A DNA stretch of 40,622 nt from Candidatus Altiarchaeota archaeon (lineage in GTDB: Archaea > Altiarchaeota > Altiarchaeia > IMC4 > SCGC-AAA252-I15), in contig JAZDIN010000007.1 of NCBI GenBank assembly GCA_043804895.1, forward strand, positions 1 to 40,622, given 5' to 3'. Position numbers and translations under genes: made by a program. This document shows, in pieces, positions 36,485 through 40,622 of this stretch. The notes below the pieces were generated by a model. It searched no databases and was not told the DNA's origin. It was given only the letters and a program-made list of their open reading frames with translations. Within the stretch, counting starts at the first letter, position 1; each line of letters begins with the position of its first letter.

Positions 36485-36667
36485 GCATCCTTCCAACTGC
36501 GGAATCAGTTGAGAACGAAGCCACCTTCTGCCTAGACTTCTTCGCTATGGACTCCCTCAGCTTCCCGTCAGTGTAAAGCTCGTCCAATGCCTTTGCCAGC
36601 TCCTGAGGGTTCTTCGGCTAGACGAGGTATGGTCGACCCCGTGTTCCAACACCACTCCTGCCTGTCC
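36456..36667 (-). pseudogene. C-terminal remnant of a GT4 glycosyltransferase
   Basis: Reads GQAGVVLEHGVD-(frameshift)-YLV*PKNPQELAKALDELYTDGKLRESIAKKSRQKVASFS...RLY, with a premature TAG at 36618-36620. Aligns by eye to THLVDSYIIPPKDPKRLAEAI of the GT4 at 39369. Confidence 0.8.
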
Positions 36668-36668
36668 G

Positions 36669-37217
36669 TTAATTCCGCATTTTAAGAAGTCTTGCAGGGT
36701 TTCCTGCAACCACCGAATACGGTTCCACGTCTTTAGTCACGACTGAGCCTGCGCCGACAATAGAACCTTCCCCAATGGTCTTTCCCGGCAGGATGATGGC
36801 ACCCATACCGATGTCACATCCATCACCAATAACGACTTCCCCAAATTCAAGTGTAGATGATGTGATAGGTCTCTTCCTACCCTCCTCTGTATGGACTGAA
36901 GTGAGTATCTTTACAGCTGGGCCTAATCCAACGGCTTTCCCGATTTTTATACCGCCTGCGCTGTGCAGAAAACATCCCTGCCCTATCCAAGTGTCGTCGC
37001 CTATTAGCATTAGGTTCTTATAATACCCCTTTAGTATTGAATAGTGACCGACGTAGATGTTGCTACCCAGCTCTATGTTTTCGGGATGGAAGACCAGGAC
37101 ACCTTTTTCAAATATTACATTGCAGCCTACCTTTTTGAATTCCTTTAGTTTGAAGCTACCATCTCCGTGGCTTTTGAAAATCTTACACCCTATGTCATGA
37201 GCGGACTGCATCGTCAA
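36669..37217 (-). CDS. Left-handed beta-helix sugar acyltransferase
   Basis: Hexapeptide repeats (IGDDTWIG, IGDGCDIGMGAIILPG, IGEGSIVGAGSVVTKDV) and VAGNPAR. Confidence 0.9.
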   Translation of the reverse strand: MTMQSAHDIGCKIFKSHGDGSFKLKEFKKVGCNVIFEKGVLVFHPENIELGSNIYVGHYSILKGYYKNLMLIGDDTWIGQGCFLHSAGGIKIGKAVGLGPAVKILTSVHTEEGRKRPITSSTLEFGEVVIGDGCDIGMGAIILPGKTIGEGSIVGAGSVVTKDVEPYSVVAGNPARLLKMRN

Positions 37218-38179
37218 ATCCCCTTCTGTTTACTATAGTACTCTACAGTATTTTTCATACCCTCATATAAGCCGACTTTTGGCTCGAACCGTATTAAGTC
37301 TGTTGCGAGAGATATATTTGCTATGTGTCTTCTGACGTCACCTAGACGCTGTGGTTCGTATTTTAACTGTTTGACACATCCCATTATTTTACAGATTGTT
37401 TGTATCACCTGCAGTATGGATATTTCTTTGCCACTGGCAATGTTCAACACTTTGCCCCTGGTGTTCCGTGAATTATAGACTTTTACTGCCGCGTCGACAG
37501 TGTCTGTCACGTATAGGTAGTCCCTCGTCTGCTTCCCATCGCCGAATATGACTAGGGGCCGACCAGTTAGTATCCGTTTAATCGTCAGGGGTATTACGCC
37601 GGCGTAGCTTCTATCGTTCTGACGCGGCCCATAGTTGTTGAAAGGCCGCACGATTGCCGCATCTATGCCGTATGTCCTGATGTAGGAGAGGACAAGCTGG
37701 TCTGATGCGGCCTTGCTTGCTGCATAGGGTGTTGTGCCATTGAGGGGGTGGTTCTCATCCATGGGCGCATATTCTGATGTGCCATATACTTCGGATGATG
37801 AGAAATGGATGAGTGTCTTGAATTTCCCGGCTCTCGCAAGTTCTGCCATAGTCATCGTTATACCTATGTTCTTTTCAAAAGACCATTTAGGTTTAATCAG
37901 GGATGCTGGGAGCGGCACTACAGCGAGGTTGAAGACGACATCAATGCCTTCTTTCGAGATTATCCTAGACATTGCTTTCTGGTCTGCAGCATCCTGACAA
38001 TAAACTCTTAGTTTGGGGAATTTTTTCTTTGCTGTCCGTATGTTTTCTTTTTTGCCGAGGAAGAAGTTATCGACTAGGGTCAGCCTCTGCGGGTGTTCCT
38101 TAATTATTCTGTCGACTAGATGGCTTCCTATGAAACCCGCCCCACCAGTCACCAGTACTGACTTATCCTTCAGATTCAA
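37214..38179 (-). CDS. NAD-dependent nucleotide-sugar epimerase/dehydratase (extended SDR)
   Basis: VTGGAGFIGSH, SSSEVYG, YAASK, RPFNNYGPRQ and GDGKQTRD motifs. Confidence 0.93.
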   Translation of the reverse strand: MNLKDKSVLVTGGAGFIGSHLVDRIIKEHPQRLTLVDNFFLGKKENIRTAKKKFPKLRVYCQDAADQKAMSRIISKEGIDVVFNLAVVPLPASLIKPKWSFEKNIGITMTMAELARAGKFKTLIHFSSSEVYGTSEYAPMDENHPLNGTTPYAASKAASDQLVLSYIRTYGIDAAIVRPFNNYGPRQNDRSYAGVIPLTIKRILTGRPLVIFGDGKQTRDYLYVTDTVDAAVKVYNSRNTRGKVLNIASGKEISILQVIQTICKIMGCVKQLKYEPQRLGDVRRHIANISLATDLIRFEPKVGLYEGMKNTVEYYSKQKGI

Positions 38180-39306
38180 CTCAATGCCTCCACAGCCTTT
38201 TTGATATGTTTTACTGCGTAGTCTATGTCTTCTTCTAGCAACTTGTAATACATGGGTAATGCCAGACAGCGGTTAAATAGGCCCGCAGATACTGGGCAGA
38301 CTGCTTTCGAGCGGTACACCGGTTGAATGTGGCATGAGTATGTCCCAATCTGGGTTTGAATGCCTTTTTTCATCAGGAGTGTTATGAGTTTGTTGCGATT
38401 AATCGATTCATCTACAGTAGATACATAACTTTGGTATATGTGTTCTGCATTTTTGTCAACAAATGGGGGGGTTATATGAGGTATGGACTCAATTTTCTCC
38501 CCCCAGTACTTCGCCAACTTCTGTTTTCGGTTAATTATATCCTTCAGTCGCCTCATCTGCGCGACGCCGACTGCGGCTGCGATGTCACTCATCTTGTAGT
38601 TGAACCCTATGTCTGTGAACTGAGGTATTGTGAATAGCTTATCCTTTTCCCTGCTCCATGCGCCGGATACGCCAAACGTCGACAGCCTCCTGATCTTATC
38701 ACTGAGTTTTTTATCGTCGGTGACCACCATCCCCCCCTCACCTGTCGTTATCCCCTTGCGGGCATGGAATGAGAAACACCCGACATCGCCGAATGTACCT
38801 GCATATTTACCCTTATATTTCGCTCCAAATGCGCATGCAGCATCCTCCACAACAGAAATGTCATGCTTTGATGCTATCTCCATGACTGCATCAATCTTCG
38901 CCGGCTGTCCGAAAGTGTGGACAGGGATGATTGCCTTCGTCTTTTTAGTTATCCTCCTCTCCACCTGCGTTGGGTCGATGTTGTATGTCCGCTCGTCTAC
39001 GTCAACGAAAACAGGTTTTGCTCCGCAATAAAGGACTGCATGGGCTGTTGCAGGATAGGTATAATCAGCCACAATAACTTCGTCACCCTTACCCACGCCC
39101 AATGAAAGAAGGGCTAGATGGAGTGCTGCAGTGCAGTTTGTGACTGCAACGGCATTTTTTTTACCTAAGTACTTGGCAGCCTTGCCCTCGAACTCCCTGG
39201 TTTTCGGACCCTGGGAAACCCACCCAGACATTAGGGCTCCTCTTATTTGCCTTAACTCAGATTCGTCAAAGAAAGGTTTTGTGAGGGGGATGATTGGGCG
39301 GACCAT
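38176..39306 (-). CDS. DegT/DnrJ/EryC1/StrS PLP-dependent sugar aminotransferase
   Basis: NCTAALHLAL, IIPVHTFG, EDAACAFG, FSFHARKGITTGEGG (PLP lysine) and GFNYKMSD motifs. Confidence 0.95.
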   Translation of the reverse strand: MVRPIIPLTKPFFDESELRQIRGALMSGWVSQGPKTREFEGKAAKYLGKKNAVAVTNCTAALHLALLSLGVGKGDEVIVADYTYPATAHAVLYCGAKPVFVDVDERTYNIDPTQVERRITKKTKAIIPVHTFGQPAKIDAVMEIASKHDISVVEDAACAFGAKYKGKYAGTFGDVGCFSFHARKGITTGEGGMVVTDDKKLSDKIRRLSTFGVSGAWSREKDKLFTIPQFTDIGFNYKMSDIAAAVGVAQMRRLKDIINRKQKLAKYWGEKIESIPHITPPFVDKNAEHIYQSYVSTVDESINRNKLITLLMKKGIQTQIGTYSCHIQPVYRSKAVCPVSAGLFNRCLALPMYYKLLEEDIDYAVKHIKKAVEALS

Positions 39307-39368
39307 CTTTAGTATAACTATATTATGGGTGAAGCCAATAATAACGAATGCGTGAGGTGATTTAGCTT

Positions 39369-40541
39369 ATGAGAGTCTTGGAGGTCACAACCTCTTACCC
39401 TCGCTATAGAGGGGATTTCCCCGGCATATTCAACTTCCGCCTAGACAGGGAACTCGTGCAAAAAGGTTTTGATGTGACAGTATTAGCCCCTGAAGCATAC
39501 GGTTACCCTACAGAAGAGACAATGGATGGCGTCAAAGTCAAAAGACTGAAATACTTCTGGCCTTCAAACCTACAGCAGCTGGCGTATGGGGGGGGTATGA
39601 AGCATAATGTTTTTACTAAGCCATGGTTGATTATCCAGATACCAGTAATGCTTATGGTATTCTTTGGCAACATCATTTTCCGCAGTAGGGAATACGATCT
39701 CCTGCATTGTCACTGGCTTCCGCTTGGGCTTCTGGGGGTCCTTGCCAAACCCCTCATAAAAAAGCCAGTGGTCATATCACTCTGGGGTACAGACTACCGT
39801 GACTTACCCAGATGGTTCGGTAGATTTGTTGTTAGTAGAGCTGATGCAGTTGTTAGTTCGGCTACGGAAACTTCGAAATACCTTGAGAGTATAGGTTGTT
39901 TAGATTTTGAGTGGATTCCGACCCCGATAGATGAGAATGAATTTGACCCGACAAAGACACCTACTGATATCCTAGATGAGTTTAAGATTGGCGACAGGAA
40001 GGTTGTGACCTTTATCGGAAGACTTGACCCCCTGAAGGACCCACAAACATTTGTAGAATCCGTGCCACATGTGATAAAAAAAAGGGGGGATGTCATGTTT
40101 TTTCTGGTTGGAGGGGGGGATATGATTGAAGACTTGAGATTGAGAGCCAACCACTTGGGCGTCCGCGACCATATCATCTTTACTGGCTCCAGGACCGATG
40201 TAGCCCGCATTCTAAGGGTTTCCTCTCTCTTTACTGCCTTAAGCCCCGCAGAGAACACATGGAGTACGTCAATCGCTGAGGCTATGTTCATGGATGTGCC
40301 TTTGATACTTACAGACGTCGGCCACACCGCTGAGTTCTTTACTCACTTGGTGGACTCGTATATCATTCCCCCAAAAGACCCGAAAAGACTGGCCGAAGCA
40401 ATAGTATATCTCTTAGACAACCCAGACGTGGGGGAAAAACTTGTTGAGGGTTCAAGGAATCTTCTTAAAAAATCTGGCAAAAGAAGGGGTATAATAGTTG
40501 GAAATACTATCAAGCTATATAACAGGATGATAAACAAGTGA
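39369..40541 (+). CDS. Glycosyltransferase family 4
   Basis: TTSYPR, HCHW, FIGRLDPLK and ENTWSTSIAEAM (EX7E-like) motifs. GAGGTGA ribosome-binding site. Confidence 0.92.
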   Translation: MRVLEVTTSYPRYRGDFPGIFNFRLDRELVQKGFDVTVLAPEAYGYPTEETMDGVKVKRLKYFWPSNLQQLAYGGGMKHNVFTKPWLIIQIPVMLMVFFGNIIFRSREYDLLHCHWLPLGLLGVLAKPLIKKPVVISLWGTDYRDLPRWFGRFVVSRADAVVSSATETSKYLESIGCLDFEWIPTPIDENEFDPTKTPTDILDEFKIGDRKVVTFIGRLDPLKDPQTFVESVPHVIKKRGDVMFFLVGGGDMIEDLRLRANHLGVRDHIIFTGSRTDVARILRVSSLFTALSPAENTWSTSIAEAMFMDVPLILTDVGHTAEFFTHLVDSYIIPPKDPKRLAEAIVYLLDNPDVGEKLVEGSRNLLKKSGKRRGIIVGNTIKLYNRMINK

Positions 40542-40564
40542 GGGGGGCGGCCATCAGGTTGCGA

Positions 40565-40621
40565 TTATTTTCTTGTTGCTTGCATGTCGAAGAGCATCGC
40601 GAAGAAGAGGCTTTGTAGGCC
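40565..40621 (-). CDS. 3' end of a gene running off the window, probably a membrane-associated GT2 glycosyltransferase
   Basis: GLQSLFFAMLFDMQATRK-stop resembles the C-terminal TM end of GT2 proteins. Only 18 residues are visible. Confidence 0.4.
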   Translation of the reverse strand, partial: GLQSLFFAMLFDMQATRK

Positions 40622-40622
40622 G

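Noticed and set aside
36618-36620. Pyrrolysine or stop readthrough at the in-frame TAG
   Set aside because: The same fragment also has a frameshift and lacks its N-terminus, so decay is the simpler explanation.

Overview
Archaeal genomic window. The archaeal assignment rests on the archaeal-type ThrRS, prefoldin-alpha next to ftsY, diphthine-ammonia ligase, archaeal Hpt and class III pilin signal peptides. A DPANN/Altiarchaeota-like lineage is my inference only. 1-16.6 kb is mostly housekeeping and metabolic genes (thrS, rpiA, pfdA, ftsY, hpt, lemA plus two DUF3137 paralogues, psd/pssA, deaminase-nadE, orphan biotin carboxylase, dph6, DEAD-box helicase) mixed with orphans. 16.7-33.6 kb is a type IV/Tad-like pilus locus, co-directional except for an inserted toxin gene, with unusual accessory genes. 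These are a 1776-aa cytoplasmic SNAP/TPR-solenoid + Ig-repeat + inactive KaiC/RecA-fold protein, a MoxR ATPase with no visible vWA partner, a membrane-anchored FG-GAP propeller/TPR protein, a membrane wHTH protein, two minor-pilin-like proteins, a pilus ATPase with an N-terminal wHTH, two TadB/C-type platform proteins and a major pilin. A convergent toxin-antitoxin pair interrupts the locus, and it contains a TGTGG motif array and a hairpin array. 33.7-40.6 kb is a surface-glycosylation cluster with a GT4 pseudogene scar at the edge of a more AT-rich amino-sugar cassette. All calls come from motif recognition by eye; no searches were run.
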